Assembly: GCA_001798885.1 (NCBI GenBank)
Contig: MGQW01000008.1
Coordinates: forward strand, 1,146-65,145
Length of the DNA: 64,000 nt
From: Deltaproteobacteria bacterium RBG_16_64_85
GTDB lineage: Bacteria; Desulfobacterota; Deferrimicrobia; Deferrimicrobiales; Deferrimicrobiaceae
Reading direction: 5' to 3'
In this document: one piece after another, positions 49,846-60,698 of the stretch
How positions within the stretch are numbered: position 1 is the stretch's first letter
Layout of the letters: each line of letters begins with the position of its first letter
Notes under the pieces: generated by a model
The model's database searches: none
What the model saw: the letters and a program-made list of their open reading frames with translations, nothing else
What the model was told of the DNA's origin: nothing
Position numbers and translations under genes: made by a program

Positions 49846-51027
49846 ATGTTGATGCTTTCCGGGATCCGCGTGCTGGACCTGTCGCTGCAGCTTCCAGGGC
49901 CCTTCTGCACGATGATGATGGCCGACCACGGGGCGGACGTGATCAAGGTGGACGAGCCCAACCCTCGCGTCCGGAACCCCTTCTCGGCGGAGGAGCCGGG
50001 GATCTCCCCGGCCGACCGGTACCTGAACCGGGGGAAGCGCAGCCTCACGCTCGACCTCAAGTCGGGGGAAGGGCGGGAGGCCTTCCTGCGATTGGCCTCC
50101 GGCGCCGACGTCGTCGTGGAAGGGTTCCGGCCCGGCGTCACCGCGCGGCTCGGCGTGAACTACTCGATCCTCTCGGCGGAAAATCCCCGCCTGGTGTACT
50201 GCTCGATCTCCGGTTACGGGCAGACCGGCCCGATGCGCGAAATCGCCGGCCACGACATCAATTACATCTCCCATGCGGGAGTCCTGGGACTTTCCGGCCG
50301 CAAGGGTTCTCCCCCCGTGCTTCCGCCGGTCCAGATCGGCGACCTCTTCGGGGGGGCCATGATGGCGCTGTCGGGAATCCTGATGGCGCTCCTCGCACGG
50401 CAGTCTTCGGGGAATGGGAAGTGGCTGGACCTCTCGATGACCGACGGGGCGATGGCCATGCTCTCGATCCACGCCGCGGCCTATTTTTCGGACGGGATTT
50501 CGCCGGAGCGCGGGACGATGCCCCTCACGGGAAAATTCCCCTGCTATGAAACCTACCGGTGCGCCGATGGACGGTACGTGAGTATCGGCCCCCTGGAGGC
50601 CTGGTTCTGGGAGAGAATGATCCGGGCGCTGGGCCGGGAGGACCTGCTAAGCTGCCAGTACGCCGACGGCGAGGAGGCGGATCGCGCGCGGGCCGAACTG
50701 GGAAAGCTCTTCGCGGCGAAGGGCCGGGATGAGTGGGTCCGGTTCTTCCGGGAACACGACGTCTGCCTCTCCCCCGTTCTCTCCCTCCCTGAAGCGCTTG
50801 CGCATCCCAACGCGCAGGCGCGGCGGATGGTGATCGAGGTGGAATCGCCCCTGGGGGGAAAGGAGCGGCAGCTGGGGATGCCGATCAAAGCCGCCGGGGG
50901 AGGGGAGGCGACCCCCCGCCGTTCTCCCCTCCTGGGGGAGCACGACGAGGAAATCCTAACGGGGATCGGGTACACGGCGGCGCAGATCGGGGATCTCCGG
51001 GCAAAGGGCGTGATCCGGGGGAAGTGA
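49846..51027 (+). CDS. CaiB/BaiF family III CoA-transferase
   Basis: IRVLDLS...PGPF N-terminal signature; about 390 aa. Confidence 0.85.
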   Translation: MLMLSGIRVLDLSLQLPGPFCTMMMADHGADVIKVDEPNPRVRNPFSAEEPGISPADRYLNRGKRSLTLDLKSGEGREAFLRLASGADVVVEGFRPGVTARLGVNYSILSAENPRLVYCSISGYGQTGPMREIAGHDINYISHAGVLGLSGRKGSPPVLPPVQIGDLFGGAMMALSGILMALLARQSSGNGKWLDLSMTDGAMAMLSIHAAAYFSDGISPERGTMPLTGKFPCYETYRCADGRYVSIGPLEAWFWERMIRALGREDLLSCQYADGEEADRARAELGKLFAAKGRDEWVRFFREHDVCLSPVLSLPEALAHPNAQARRMVIEVESPLGGKERQLGMPIKAAGGGEATPRRSPLLGEHDEEILTGIGYTAAQIGDLRAKGVIRGK

Positions 51028-51036
51028 GCCGCAAGG

Positions 51037-51192
51037 GATGTCGAAGGCGAAAAAGAAGATCGTCATTCCCCTTCCCAAGGTCAAGGAGCGGGGAATCATG
51101 CCGAAGCCGGGTCGGGTGATCCCGGACCCGAAAAAGTCGGCGAGCAAGGCAGCCTGCCGCAGGAAGGTGACCGAGGAGAAAGAGGACGGGTG
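51037..51192 (+). CDS. Possible small basic protein (51 aa, MSKAKKKIVIPLPKVKERG...)
   Basis: Short ORF not in the 60-aa ORF track, sitting between the CoA-transferase and E1-alpha genes; weak RBS; speculative. Confidence 0.15.
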
Positions 51193-51258
51193 AATCCTCC
51201 CGCGGGAAGATTCATCGGATAAGAAGAGGCGCGGACGATCCCAGGCACGGAGGCCGGC

Positions 51259-52335
51259 ATGGAACTGCCGTTGTTGGTGGCGCTTCGCGACGACGGGTCC
51301 GTCGACCCGGACCTGGACCCCGGATTCGACGGGGATACCCTCCTTTTTCTTTTCAATAAAATGGTTTTCTTAAGGGCGCTGGACGAGAAGGCGCAGCATC
51401 TCCAGCGGGCGGGGCGAATCGGCTTCTACATCGGCGCCGCCGGGCAGGAGGCGGCGGAGATCGGATCCGGGTTCGCCCTGCGGAAGGGCGACTGGATGTT
51501 CCCCTCCTATCGGGAGCATGGGGCGGCCCTCATGCACGGATACCCCCTTTCCTCCCTCGTCGGACAGCTCTTCGGCAACTCCGCGGACGCCACGAAGGGC
51601 AGGCAGATGCCCAACCACTGGTGCGACCGCTCGGCGCGCGTGGTCTCTGTGTCCTCCCCTGTGGCCACCCAGCTCCCCCAGGCGGTGGGGGTCGCCTACG
51701 CCGCCAAGCTGGGCGGGGAGAAGTCGGCGGTCATCGCGTACTTCGGTGACGGCGGCAGCTCCACGGGGGAGTTCCACGTCGCGATGAACTTTGCCGGGGT
51801 CTTCAAGACCCCGAACGTCTTCTTCTGCAGCAACAACCAGTACGCCATCTCGCTTCCTTTCGCGAAGCAGACCGCGGCCGGGTCGATCGCGGTCAAGGCT
51901 GCGGCATACGGGTTTCAGGGCGTCCGGGTGGACGGCAACGACATCCTGGCGGTCGTCCGGGTGACCCGCGATGCCCTGGAGCGGGCGAGAGCGGGGGAGG
52001 GGCCGACCCTGGTCGAGGCGCTGACCTACCGGATGGGCGCCCACTCCACCTCCGACGATCCGACGCATTACCGGTCCGAGGAAGAGGTCGAGGCGTGGCG
52101 ACGGAAAGACCCCATCCGCCGGTTCGCCGCCTATCTCAAGAAGGAAGGGGTGCTCACCGACCAGGCCGAAGCCGCGGTCGCGGAGGAGGCCCGCGAGGAG
52201 GTGCAGCGGGCGGTTGCGGCGTGCGAGGCGGCCCCCCCGGTGCCCCCGGAGAGCCTGGTCGAGGACGTCTACGCGGAGATGCCGTGGCACCTCAAGGAGC
52301 AGCAGGAGTGGATCCGGATACCGGTGAAGGGGTGA
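51259..52335 (+). CDS. 2-oxoacid dehydrogenase E1 component alpha subunit (TPP-dependent; BCKDH/acetoin-type)
   Basis: TPP-binding GDG(X)n N motif ([19 protein letters not shown]...NNQYAIS). Confidence 0.85.
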   Translation: MELPLLVALRDDGSVDPDLDPGFDGDTLLFLFNKMVFLRALDEKAQHLQRAGRIGFYIGAAGQEAAEIGSGFALRKGDWMFPSYREHGAALMHGYPLSSLVGQLFGNSADATKGRQMPNHWCDRSARVVSVSSPVATQLPQAVGVAYAAKLGGEKSAVIAYFGDGGSSTGEFHVAMNFAGVFKTPNVFFCSNNQYAISLPFAKQTAAGSIAVKAAAYGFQGVRVDGNDILAVVRVTRDALERARAGEGPTLVEALTYRMGAHSTSDDPTHYRSEEEVEAWRRKDPIRRFAAYLKKEGVLTDQAEAAVAEEAREEVQRAVAACEAAPPVPPESLVEDVYAEMPWHLKEQQEWIRIPVKG

Positions 52336-52339
52336 TCCC

Positions 52340-53314
52340 GTGGCGACGATGACGCTGGTCCAGGCGATCCACGACGCGCTGGCCCTCGAGATGGAACGCG
52401 ACCCCCGTGTCGTCCTTCTGGGAGAGGACATCGGGAAGAACGGGGGCGTCTTCCGGGCGACCGAAGGGCTATGGGCGCGGTTCGGATCGGACCGAGTGAT
52501 CGACACCCCGCTGGCGGAGGCGGGAATCGTCGGAATGGCGATCGGGATGTCGCTTTCCGGCCTGCGCCCCGTCGCCGAGATCCAGTTCGTCGATTTCATC
52601 TACCCCGCTTTCGACCAGATCGTGTCGGAGCTGGCGAAGTTCCGGTACCGGTCTGCGGGCCAGTTTACCGCCCCGGTCGTTATCCGGACCCCCTCGGGGG
52701 GAGGGATCAAGGGGGGGCACTACCATTCGCAGAGCCCGGAGGCCTACTTCATCCACACCGCGGGGCTTAAAGTGGTCATGCCATCGACGCCTGCGGACGG
52801 CAAGGGGCTGCTCGCCGCAGCGATGCGCGACCCTGACCCGGTGATCTTCCTGGAGCCGAAGGCGCTCTACCGGACCGCAAAGGGGGAAGTGCCGGAAGGG
52901 GACTACACCGTTCCCCTGGGCAAGGCGCGCGTAGTGAGAGAAGGGGAGGACGTTTCGCTGATCACCTATGGCGCAACCGTGCACGTAGCAGAGGAGGCCG
53001 CGGCGATGGCCGAGGAGGAGGGGATCCACGTGGAGGTGATCGACCTTCGGACCCTTTGGCCCCTGGACGTCGAGGCGGTCGTCCAGTCGGTGGAGATGAC
53101 GGGCCGGGCGGTCGTCCTCCACGAGGCGCCACGGACGTGCGGTTTCGGTGCGGAGCTTGCCGCCCTGATCCAGGAGAAAGCGTTCCTTCACCTGAAAGCC
53201 CCGGTCGCCAGGGTGACCGGATTCGACACGCCGTTCCCGTATTCGCTGGAAAAGCTCTACCTCCCCGATGCCCTGCGCGTGATCGGGGCGATCCGCGCGA
53301 CGGTAAATTTCTGA
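52340..53314 (+). CDS. 2-oxoacid dehydrogenase E1 component beta subunit
   Basis: Transketolase-like pyrimidine-binding and C-terminal domains, 324 aa. Confidence 0.9.
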   Translation: MATMTLVQAIHDALALEMERDPRVVLLGEDIGKNGGVFRATEGLWARFGSDRVIDTPLAEAGIVGMAIGMSLSGLRPVAEIQFVDFIYPAFDQIVSELAKFRYRSAGQFTAPVVIRTPSGGGIKGGHYHSQSPEAYFIHTAGLKVVMPSTPADGKGLLAAAMRDPDPVIFLEPKALYRTAKGEVPEGDYTVPLGKARVVREGEDVSLITYGATVHVAEEAAAMAEEEGIHVEVIDLRTLWPLDVEAVVQSVEMTGRAVVLHEAPRTCGFGAELAALIQEKAFLHLKAPVARVTGFDTPFPYSLEKLYLPDALRVIGAIRATVNF

Positions 53315-53356
53315 CCGAAAACAGGGAAATCGCAATCCGGAGCCAAGGAGGAAACC

Positions 53357-54796
53357 ATGGCGAAAAAAGTGACGGCAAGGCCGTACCGGCTGTTCGTCGG
53401 GGGGAAATGGGTGGGCGACAAGGAGACCATGCCGGTGATCGACAAGTACACGGGGGAGACGATCGGGATCGTCCCGGCGGCCTCCCGGGAGACGGTGGAC
53501 CGCGCCATCGGCGCCGCCCACGCCGCCTTTCCCGACTGGTCGCGGACACCCGCCCACCGGCGTTTCCGGATCCTCGAAAAGGCGAGCAACCTGCTGGCGA
53601 AGCACCAGGAGGAGATCGCGGCGATCATCTGCCGGGAGGCGGGAAAGGCCTGGAAATACTCGGTGGGCGAGGTTTCGCGGGCCGTGGAAACGTACCAGTT
53701 CTCCGCCGAGGAGGCCAAGCGGATCCACGGGGAGACCGTGCCGATGGACGCCAGCACCGCGGGGGAGGGGCGGATGGGGTTCTACCTGCGCTGCCCGGTG
53801 GGGGTCGTGGCTGCCATCACGCCGTTCAACTTTCCCTTGAACCTCGTCGCACACAAGGTCGGCCCGGGGCTGGCGGCGGGGAACACCTTGGTCCTGAAAC
53901 CCGCGTCTACAACCCCCCTGACCGCGATCCGCCTCGCGGAGATCCTCGAGGAGGCGGGGGTGCCCGCAGGGGTGTTCAACGTCATCGTCGGCTCCGGCGG
54001 CACCGTCGGGGACTGGATCACCACCGACCCGCGGGTCGCCAAGATCTCCTTTACCGGGAGCCCTCCGGTCGGGGAGGCGATCATTCGGAAGGCAGGCCTT
54101 AAAAAAGTGACGATGGAGCTCGGAAACAACTCCGGCACGATCATCGAGCCCGACGCCGATCTCGATGCGGCGGTGCCGCGCTGCGTGGTCAGCGCCTTCG
54201 CCAATTCCGGCCAGGTGTGCATCTCCCTGCAGCGGCTCTATGTCCATCGATCGATAGCGAAGGAATTCACGATGCGATTCGTCGACGCCACCTCGAAGCT
54301 GAAGGTCTGCAATCCCCTGGAGAAGGATTGCGACGTCGGCCCGATGATCGAAGAGGCCGAGGCGAAGCGCGCGGAGGCCTGGATCAAGGAGGCGATCGCG
54401 GAAGGGGCGAAGCTCCTGATCGGAGGGAAGCGCGAAGGGAGGGTCCTGTACCCGGCCATCCTGACCAACGTCCGCGCCGAGATGAAGGTGATGTGTCAGG
54501 AGGCGTTCGCCCCGCTGGTTTCCCTTTACGAATACGAAAAGTTCGAGGACGCGGTACGGATGGTGGAGGATTCCCCCTACGGGCTCCAGGCGGGGGTCTA
54601 CACGAACGACCTGCGGAAGGCGCTGTACGCGGTGGAGCGGATCAACGTCGGCGGAGTGATGATCAACGACACGTCGATCTTCCGGGTCGACCACATGCCG
54701 TACGGCGGCAACAAGATGAGCGGCCTGGGCCGGGAAGGGGTCCGGTTCGCCGTCGAGGAGATGACGAACATCAAGATGGTGATGATCAAGCCGTAG
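53357..54796 (+). CDS. NAD(P)-dependent aldehyde dehydrogenase
   Basis: 479 aa; catalytic Cys context (GQVCISLQRLYV), Glu motif (MELGNNSG) and Rossmann GSxxxG. Confidence 0.9.
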   Translation: MAKKVTARPYRLFVGGKWVGDKETMPVIDKYTGETIGIVPAASRETVDRAIGAAHAAFPDWSRTPAHRRFRILEKASNLLAKHQEEIAAIICREAGKAWKYSVGEVSRAVETYQFSAEEAKRIHGETVPMDASTAGEGRMGFYLRCPVGVVAAITPFNFPLNLVAHKVGPGLAAGNTLVLKPASTTPLTAIRLAEILEEAGVPAGVFNVIVGSGGTVGDWITTDPRVAKISFTGSPPVGEAIIRKAGLKKVTMELGNNSGTIIEPDADLDAAVPRCVVSAFANSGQVCISLQRLYVHRSIAKEFTMRFVDATSKLKVCNPLEKDCDVGPMIEEAEAKRAEAWIKEAIAEGAKLLIGGKREGRVLYPAILTNVRAEMKVMCQEAFAPLVSLYEYEKFEDAVRMVEDSPYGLQAGVYTNDLRKALYAVERINVGGVMINDTSIFRVDHMPYGGNKMSGLGREGVRFAVEEMTNIKMVMIKP

Positions 54797-54843
54797 GGCT
54801 ATTATGAATAGCTGCCGATCCCTCCAGGAGGATAGCGACCGGA

Positions 54844-55968
54844 ATGGCCTTTGAGCTTCGGCTGCCCGACATCGGGGAAGGGGTTGCCGAGGGGGAGATC
54901 GTCCGCTGGCTGGTGGCCGAAGGCGCATCGGTCAAGGAGGACGACCTCCTGGTCGAGGTTCTGACGGACAAGGCGAACATCGAAATCCCCTCCCCCCTCA
55001 ACGGTGTGCTCGCGAGGATCCTGGCGAAGCCCGGCCAGATCGTGAAGGTGGGGGAGGTCATCGCCCTCATCGAGGCTGCCGGCGCCATCCCCACATCGCC
55101 TGCGACTCCGTCCCGCGCACCCGCAGGCGCGCTGCTGGCCACCCCCGTCGTCCGGAAGCTCGCGAAAGACCTCGGAGTGGACCTGTCGAAGGTCACGGGC
55201 ACCGGTCCCGGCGGGAGGGTGACCGAGGAGGATGTCGGCACGGCCGCCGCAGCCGCCGTTCCCGCCGCGGGGGCAAAACCGCTGGAGGAGCGAGTCCCCT
55301 TCCGCGGCAAGCGCAGGATGGCGGCGAAGAAGATGGTCCTCTCCAAGTCCACCATCCCCCACGCGCTCCTGGTCGATGAAGCCGACACCACGAATCTTTT
55401 GGCGATGCGCGAGTCCCTGCGGGAAATCGGGCAGCGCGAAGGGGTGAAAATCACGATCCTGCCGTTCCTCATCCAGGCGGTCGTGACCGCCTTGCGCGTC
55501 CACCCCGCGATGAACGCCTCCCTCGACGAGGAGAGGGGGGAAATCGTCCTGAAAAGATATTTCAACATTGGGATGGCCGTGGACGCCGAGGACGGGCTGG
55601 TCGTCCCCGTCATCCGGGATGCCGGCGAGAAGACGATTGTGGAACTCGCCCGCGAAATCGAGCATCTGTCGGAAGGGGCCCGCACGGGGAAGCTTTCGAT
55701 TTTCGACCTTTCCGGCGGCACCTTCACCGTCACCAGCATCGGGTCGATCGGCGGGCTCTTCAGCTACCCGGTGATCCATCCCCCGGAGGCGGCCATCCTC
55801 GGCCTGCACAAGATCGTCCGGCGGCCGGTGGTGCGAGGAGGCGAAATCGTCGAGAGGGACATGATGTACCTGAGCCTGTCCTTCGACCACCGGCTGATCG
55901 ACGGTGGGACGGCCACGCGGTTCATGAACGACGTCATCCTTCAGATCGAAGCGCTGGGCACGGAATGA
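54844..55968 (+). CDS. Dihydrolipoamide acyltransferase E2 (single lipoyl domain)
   Basis: Lipoyl-lysine motif EVLTDKANIEIPS; PSBD domain; catalytic DHRLIDG. Confidence 0.9.
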   Translation: MAFELRLPDIGEGVAEGEIVRWLVAEGASVKEDDLLVEVLTDKANIEIPSPLNGVLARILAKPGQIVKVGEVIALIEAAGAIPTSPATPSRAPAGALLATPVVRKLAKDLGVDLSKVTGTGPGGRVTEEDVGTAAAAAVPAAGAKPLEERVPFRGKRRMAAKKMVLSKSTIPHALLVDEADTTNLLAMRESLREIGQREGVKITILPFLIQAVVTALRVHPAMNASLDEERGEIVLKRYFNIGMAVDAEDGLVVPVIRDAGEKTIVELAREIEHLSEGARTGKLSIFDLSGGTFTVTSIGSIGGLFSYPVIHPPEAAILGLHKIVRRPVVRGGEIVERDMMYLSLSFDHRLIDGGTATRFMNDVILQIEALGTE

Positions 55969-55975
55969 GGACCCC

Positions 55976-57346
55976 ATGAAACCTTTCGACCTGGTGGTGA
56001 TCGGAGCGGGACCCGGCGGTTATGTCGCGGCGATCCGGGGGGCGCAACTCGGGATGCGGGTGGCCGTCGTGGAGCGGGACCGTCCCGGGGGGGTCTGCGT
56101 CAACTGGGGATGCATTCCTTCCAAGTCGATCCTCAAGTGCGCCGACCTCTACGAGGAGATGAAGAACTCGGCGGCGTACGGCATCGCTTGCCAGGGGTTG
56201 TCCGTCGACTACGGGGAGGTCATCCGCCGCAGCCGGAAGGTCGCCGAGCGGATGTCGCGCGGCGTCGGCTACCTGTTCAAGAAAAACGGCATCGAACTGA
56301 TCGCGGGGAGCGCAACGATCACTTCTCCCCGGACGGTTCGAGCGGGCGATGAAGAGCTCGAGGCCGACAACATCCTGGTGGCCACGGGCACGGCGGTGCG
56401 GGGGCTGCCGGGGATCGAACCGGACGGCGAGGCCGTCATCACCAGCGACGACGCGTTGGCCCAGGAGACGCTCCCCCGCTCGGTCGCGGTGTTAGGCGGC
56501 GGTGCGGTGGGTGTGGAGTTTGCCTACGTCTACCGCATCTTCGGGGCCGAGGTGACCGTCATCGAAATGATGGACCAGCTCCTCCCCCGCGTCGACCGGG
56601 AAGTGGCCGAGGAACTTGCAAAGTCGTTCCGCAAACGGGGGATCCGCGTTCTCACCTCTGCCACCGCAAAAGCGCTCGACAAGGTCCAAGGGACGCTCAC
56701 GGTGTCCTCGGGGGGGAAGGAAGAGACGATTTCCGCAGAGAAGATCCTGGTCGCGGTAGGTCGAAAGCCTCTTACGGAGGGGCTGGGCCTGGAGGCGTGC
56801 GGCGTGCAGCTCGAGCGGGGGTTCATCCGGGTGGACCATAGGTTCCGGACCGCCTGTCCGACGATCCATGCGATCGGCGACGTCATCGGAGGGATGCTCC
56901 TGGCCCACGAGGCGTCCGCGGAAGGGGTGGCGGCGGTGGAGATGATGTCCGGGATCGAGACCCATCGGCCGGACCCCGACAAGATCCCGGCGTGCATCTA
57001 TTGCCAGCCCGAGGTCGCCACGATCGGGCTCTCCGAGGAGGAGGCGCGCAAGCGCGGGATTCCCGTGAAGGTATCGAAGTTCCCCTTCACGGCGCTCGGT
57101 CGCGCCGTGGCTTCGGGCCACACGGAGGGGTTCGTCAAGATGGTGGCGGACGAGCGGTACGGCGAGGTGATCGGCTGTCACATCATCGGGCACGGGGCGC
57201 CGGACCTGATCTCCGAGCTGTCGCTCGCGCGCACGCTCGAGGCGACGTTCCACGAAATCGGTAAAACCGTCCACCCCCACCCGACCCTGCCGGAGGCGAT
57301 CCGGGAAGCGGCGCTGATGCTGGGCGGCGAGGCGATCGACATTTAA
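55976..57346 (+). CDS. lpd: Dihydrolipoyl dehydrogenase E3
   Basis: FAD motif VVIGAGPGGY, redox-active GGVCVNWGCIPSK, C-terminal HPTLPE. Confidence 0.95.
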   Translation: MKPFDLVVIGAGPGGYVAAIRGAQLGMRVAVVERDRPGGVCVNWGCIPSKSILKCADLYEEMKNSAAYGIACQGLSVDYGEVIRRSRKVAERMSRGVGYLFKKNGIELIAGSATITSPRTVRAGDEELEADNILVATGTAVRGLPGIEPDGEAVITSDDALAQETLPRSVAVLGGGAVGVEFAYVYRIFGAEVTVIEMMDQLLPRVDREVAEELAKSFRKRGIRVLTSATAKALDKVQGTLTVSSGGKEETISAEKILVAVGRKPLTEGLGLEACGVQLERGFIRVDHRFRTACPTIHAIGDVIGGMLLAHEASAEGVAAVEMMSGIETHRPDPDKIPACIYCQPEVATIGLSEEEARKRGIPVKVSKFPFTALGRAVASGHTEGFVKMVADERYGEVIGCHIIGHGAPDLISELSLARTLEATFHEIGKTVHPHPTLPEAIREAALMLGGEAIDI

Positions 57347-57361
57347 CGCGGCGGAGGAGGT

Positions 57362-58333
57362 ATGACCGAGCAGAAGGAGCGGGAACTCTATTTCTGGCTT
57401 CGCCTCATCCGGGAGTTCGAGGACCGGATTTCCGCGCTGGACAAGCAGGGAAAGATTCAGGGGGGCGTCTACTCCGGGAAAGGGCAGGAGGCCGTTGTCG
57501 TGGGGGTCTGCCACGAGCTTAAGGCCGACGACTGGATCTTCCCCCTGCACCGCGATCTCGGGGCGTTCCTCGTGAAGGGGGCCGACCCCCGGCGCCTGAT
57601 GGCGCAGATCCTGGGGAAAAAGGACGGGTTCTCCAAGGGGAAGGACTCCTTCCTCCATGGCGGGGACTTCTCGCACTGCATCTTCGGGGCGACCTCGATG
57701 CTGGGCTCCACCCTCCCGGTGGCGGTCGGCACCGCCTACAAGTTCAAGATCAAAAAGGAGGACCGCGTGGCGGTCGCCTTCTTCGGCGAGGGGGCGAGCT
57801 CCCGGGGGGACGTTCACGAGGCGATGAATTTCGCCGGGATCTACAAGCTGCCCGTCGTCTTCGTCTGCGAGAACAATTTCTACGCCTATTCCACCCCCAA
57901 CGAGCTGCAGTTCGCAGTGGAGGACGTGGCCGACCGGGGCCCGGGATACGGATTCAAGGGGGACGTCTGCTCGGGGAACGACCTCCACTCGGTGATGAAG
58001 GCCGCGAAAAAAGCGATCGACCGGGCGCGAAGCGGAGAGGGGCCGACGTACCTCGAATGCAAGACGTACCGGTACCATGGCCATTCCGAGCACGACCGCG
58101 CCACCTACCGCAGCGATGAGGAACTGATCACCTGGGAGAGCCGCGATCCGATCGAGCGGTGGGAGGTCTACCTGGAGAAGCGGAAGTACGACCGTGCCGC
58201 CATCCAGACGGAGACGGAGCAGCGGGTGAAGAAGATCGTCGAGGACGCGTTGGCGTTCGCGGAGGCGAGCCCCCTGCCGGAAGGCCTGGAGGCGATGGAA
58301 GACCTCTACGCCACGCCGATCACGGAGGAGTAA
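57362..58333 (+). CDS. Pyruvate/acetoin dehydrogenase E1 component alpha subunit (second set)
   Basis: TPP motif FFGEGASSRGDVHEAMNFA...ENNFYAYS. Confidence 0.9.
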   Translation: MTEQKERELYFWLRLIREFEDRISALDKQGKIQGGVYSGKGQEAVVVGVCHELKADDWIFPLHRDLGAFLVKGADPRRLMAQILGKKDGFSKGKDSFLHGGDFSHCIFGATSMLGSTLPVAVGTAYKFKIKKEDRVAVAFFGEGASSRGDVHEAMNFAGIYKLPVVFVCENNFYAYSTPNELQFAVEDVADRGPGYGFKGDVCSGNDLHSVMKAAKKAIDRARSGEGPTYLECKTYRYHGHSEHDRATYRSDEELITWESRDPIERWEVYLEKRKYDRAAIQTETEQRVKKIVEDALAFAEASPLPEGLEAMEDLYATPITEE

Positions 58334-59308
58334 ATGCAGGTCACCTACATCCAGGCGATCAACCAGGCGATGCACGAGGAGATGGCGCGCGACGGGAATG
58401 TGCTGCTCCTCGGGGAGGATGTCGGCGTCCTCGGAGGGGCCTTCAAGGCGACCGAGGGGCTGCTCGCGAAATTCGGCTCTGAGCGCGTTGTGGACACCCC
58501 GATCGCCGAGTCGCTCATCGTCGGCGCGGGGGTGGGCCTTGCCATCCATGGGATGCGCCCGATCCTGGAGATGCAGTTCATCGACTTCATCTCGTGCGGG
58601 TTCGACCAGATCGTCAACATGGCGGCGACGCTCCGGTACCGGCACGGGGGGCAGGCCTCCTGCCCGATCGTCATTCGGGGGCCGTGCGGGGCGGGCGTCC
58701 ACGGGGGTATCTACCACTCCCAGAACCCGGAGGCGTGGTTCTTCCACGTCCCGGGCTTGAAGGTCGTGGCACCGGCGACGGCGTACGACGCCAAGGGACT
58801 TCTCAAAAGCGCCATCCGGGACGACGACCCCGTGATCTACCTGGAGCACAAGTTCCTCTACCGCCGGATCAAGGAGGACATTCCGGACACGGAATACCTC
58901 GTCCCCATCGGGAAGGCGGTGCTGCGCAAGGAGGGGAGGGACCTCTCCGTCATCACCTACGGATCCCCGGTGCACGCGGTGATGAAGGCCGCGAAGGACA
59001 TGGCGGGGGAGATCGACATCGAGGTGATCGACCTGCGGACGATCCTGCCGCTGGACTGGAAGACGATCCGGGCGTCGGTGGCCAAGACGGGCAAGGTCCT
59101 GATCGTCCACGAGGCGAGGCGCACCGGCGGCATCGGGGGGGAGGTCGCCGCCCGCATCGCGGAGGAGCTGTTCGAGTCCCTGGACGGGCCGGTCGTGCGG
59201 GTGGCCTCGAAGGACACCCACAACGCCTTCGCCGCGACGATGGAGGATTACATCCTCCCGAACCAGGAGAAGATCACAGAAGCGATTCGAAATCTTGCGG
59301 CCTACTGA
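58334..59308 (+). CDS. Pyruvate/acetoin dehydrogenase E1 component beta subunit (second set)
   Basis: 324 aa, paralogous to the gene at 52340; ATG directly abuts the E1-alpha stop. Confidence 0.9.
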   Translation: MQVTYIQAINQAMHEEMARDGNVLLLGEDVGVLGGAFKATEGLLAKFGSERVVDTPIAESLIVGAGVGLAIHGMRPILEMQFIDFISCGFDQIVNMAATLRYRHGGQASCPIVIRGPCGAGVHGGIYHSQNPEAWFFHVPGLKVVAPATAYDAKGLLKSAIRDDDPVIYLEHKFLYRRIKEDIPDTEYLVPIGKAVLRKEGRDLSVITYGSPVHAVMKAAKDMAGEIDIEVIDLRTILPLDWKTIRASVAKTGKVLIVHEARRTGGIGGEVAARIAEELFESLDGPVVRVASKDTHNAFAATMEDYILPNQEKITEAIRNLAAY

Positions 59309-59401
59309 TCGAATTCCCGGTTGCAGCGGACCGGGTGCGGAGTCCATCCCTCCCGGCCGCTGAACCGGGGTGTCGGCAACAAGGGGAAAGGGGTAAGGCA
59401 G

Positions 59402-60685
59402 ATGCACGTCGACGTCGTCATGCCCCAGCTGGGGGAAAGCGTGGTCGAGGGGGTGGTGGCCAAGTGGCTGGTCAAGGCGGGCGACTCCGTGGCCAAGGAC
59501 CAGCCGCTGGTCGAAATTTCCACCGACAAGGTGGATGCCGAGATCCCCTCCCCGGCCGCCGGCGTGGTCGTAGAGATCCTGGCGAAGGAGGGAGAGACGA
59601 TCCCGATCCTCGCGGTGATCGCCCGGATCGAGACGGAGAAGGGGGAGGCCAAGCCCGCCGATGTCCCTCCCCCGAAAGCTCCGTGGGACGAGGAAACCGA
59701 GGGGTTCCCCGGGGCGATGGCCCGCCGCTCGGAACCGCCGCTGCCGTCTCCTCCTCGGGTCGAACCGTCCAAGGCACCACCCGCGCCTCCGCCCGCGGAA
59801 GGGCCGAAGGTGAGGATCTCGCCGGTGGTCGCCCGGATGGCCGCCGAGCACGGGCTCGACCTGTCCATGATTCCCGGGACGGGAATCGACGGCCGGGTCA
59901 CGAAGAAGGACGTGGAGGATTATCTCGCGAGGGGCGGGGCCGCCGCGCCGCCCGCCCCCCCCTTGGCCCCGCCTCCGCCTCCCGCACCTGCGGAGCCGGA
60001 AGGGGACCAGGTCGTCCCCTTCACTCCGATCCGGAAGCGGATCGCCGAACACATGGTGATGAGCAAGCGCACCTCCCCGCACGTCCACACCTTTGCGGAG
60101 GTGGACATGCACAAGGTGGTTGCTTTCCGCGCCAAGGCGAAGGGAATGGGCGTTTCCCTCACCTATCTTCCGTTCGTCATCTGGGCGTCTGTTACGGCCC
60201 TGCGCGAATTTCCTTACCTGAACGCCTCCGTGGCGGGGGAGAGCACGGTCCTTAAAAAAGCGATCCACATGGGGATCGCAGTCGAGACGGACCGCGGGCT
60301 CATCGTACCGGTCATCCGGGACGCGGACCGGAAGTCGATCGGGGATCTGTCAAAAGCGGTGGAAGATTTTTCCGCCCGGGCGAAGGCTCACCGGATCCTC
60401 CCCGACGAAATGGCCGGCGGGACGTTTACCGTTACCAACCCCGGGCCGAAGGGGAACCTCTTCGGGACGCCGATCCTCAACCAGCCTCAGGTGGGAATCC
60501 TCCGGATGGGGCAGGTGGTCAAGAGGGCCGTTGTCGTCGATGCGGGAGGGGAGGATGCGATCGTCGTCCGGCCGATGATGTACCTGTGCCTGGGATACGA
60601 CCACCGGATCGTCGATGGAGTGACAGGGAACGAATTCCTTTTCCGCGTGCGGGAGATCCTGGAAACGGGGGGTTTTTCCCTGTAG
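59402..60685 (+). CDS. Dihydrolipoamide acetyltransferase E2 (second set)
   Basis: Lipoyl motif EISTDKVDAEIPS, Pro/Ala-rich linker, PSBD, catalytic DHRIVDG; start at MHVDVVMPQ. Confidence 0.9.
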   Translation: MHVDVVMPQLGESVVEGVVAKWLVKAGDSVAKDQPLVEISTDKVDAEIPSPAAGVVVEILAKEGETIPILAVIARIETEKGEAKPADVPPPKAPWDEETEGFPGAMARRSEPPLPSPPRVEPSKAPPAPPPAEGPKVRISPVVARMAAEHGLDLSMIPGTGIDGRVTKKDVEDYLARGGAAAPPAPPLAPPPPPAPAEPEGDQVVPFTPIRKRIAEHMVMSKRTSPHVHTFAEVDMHKVVAFRAKAKGMGVSLTYLPFVIWASVTALREFPYLNASVAGESTVLKKAIHMGIAVETDRGLIVPVIRDADRKSIGDLSKAVEDFSARAKAHRILPDEMAGGTFTVTNPGPKGNLFGTPILNQPQVGILRMGQVVKRAVVVDAGGEDAIVVRPMMYLCLGYDHRIVDGVTGNEFLFRVREILETGGFSL

Positions 60686-60698
60686 GGGACGGCGTCCG

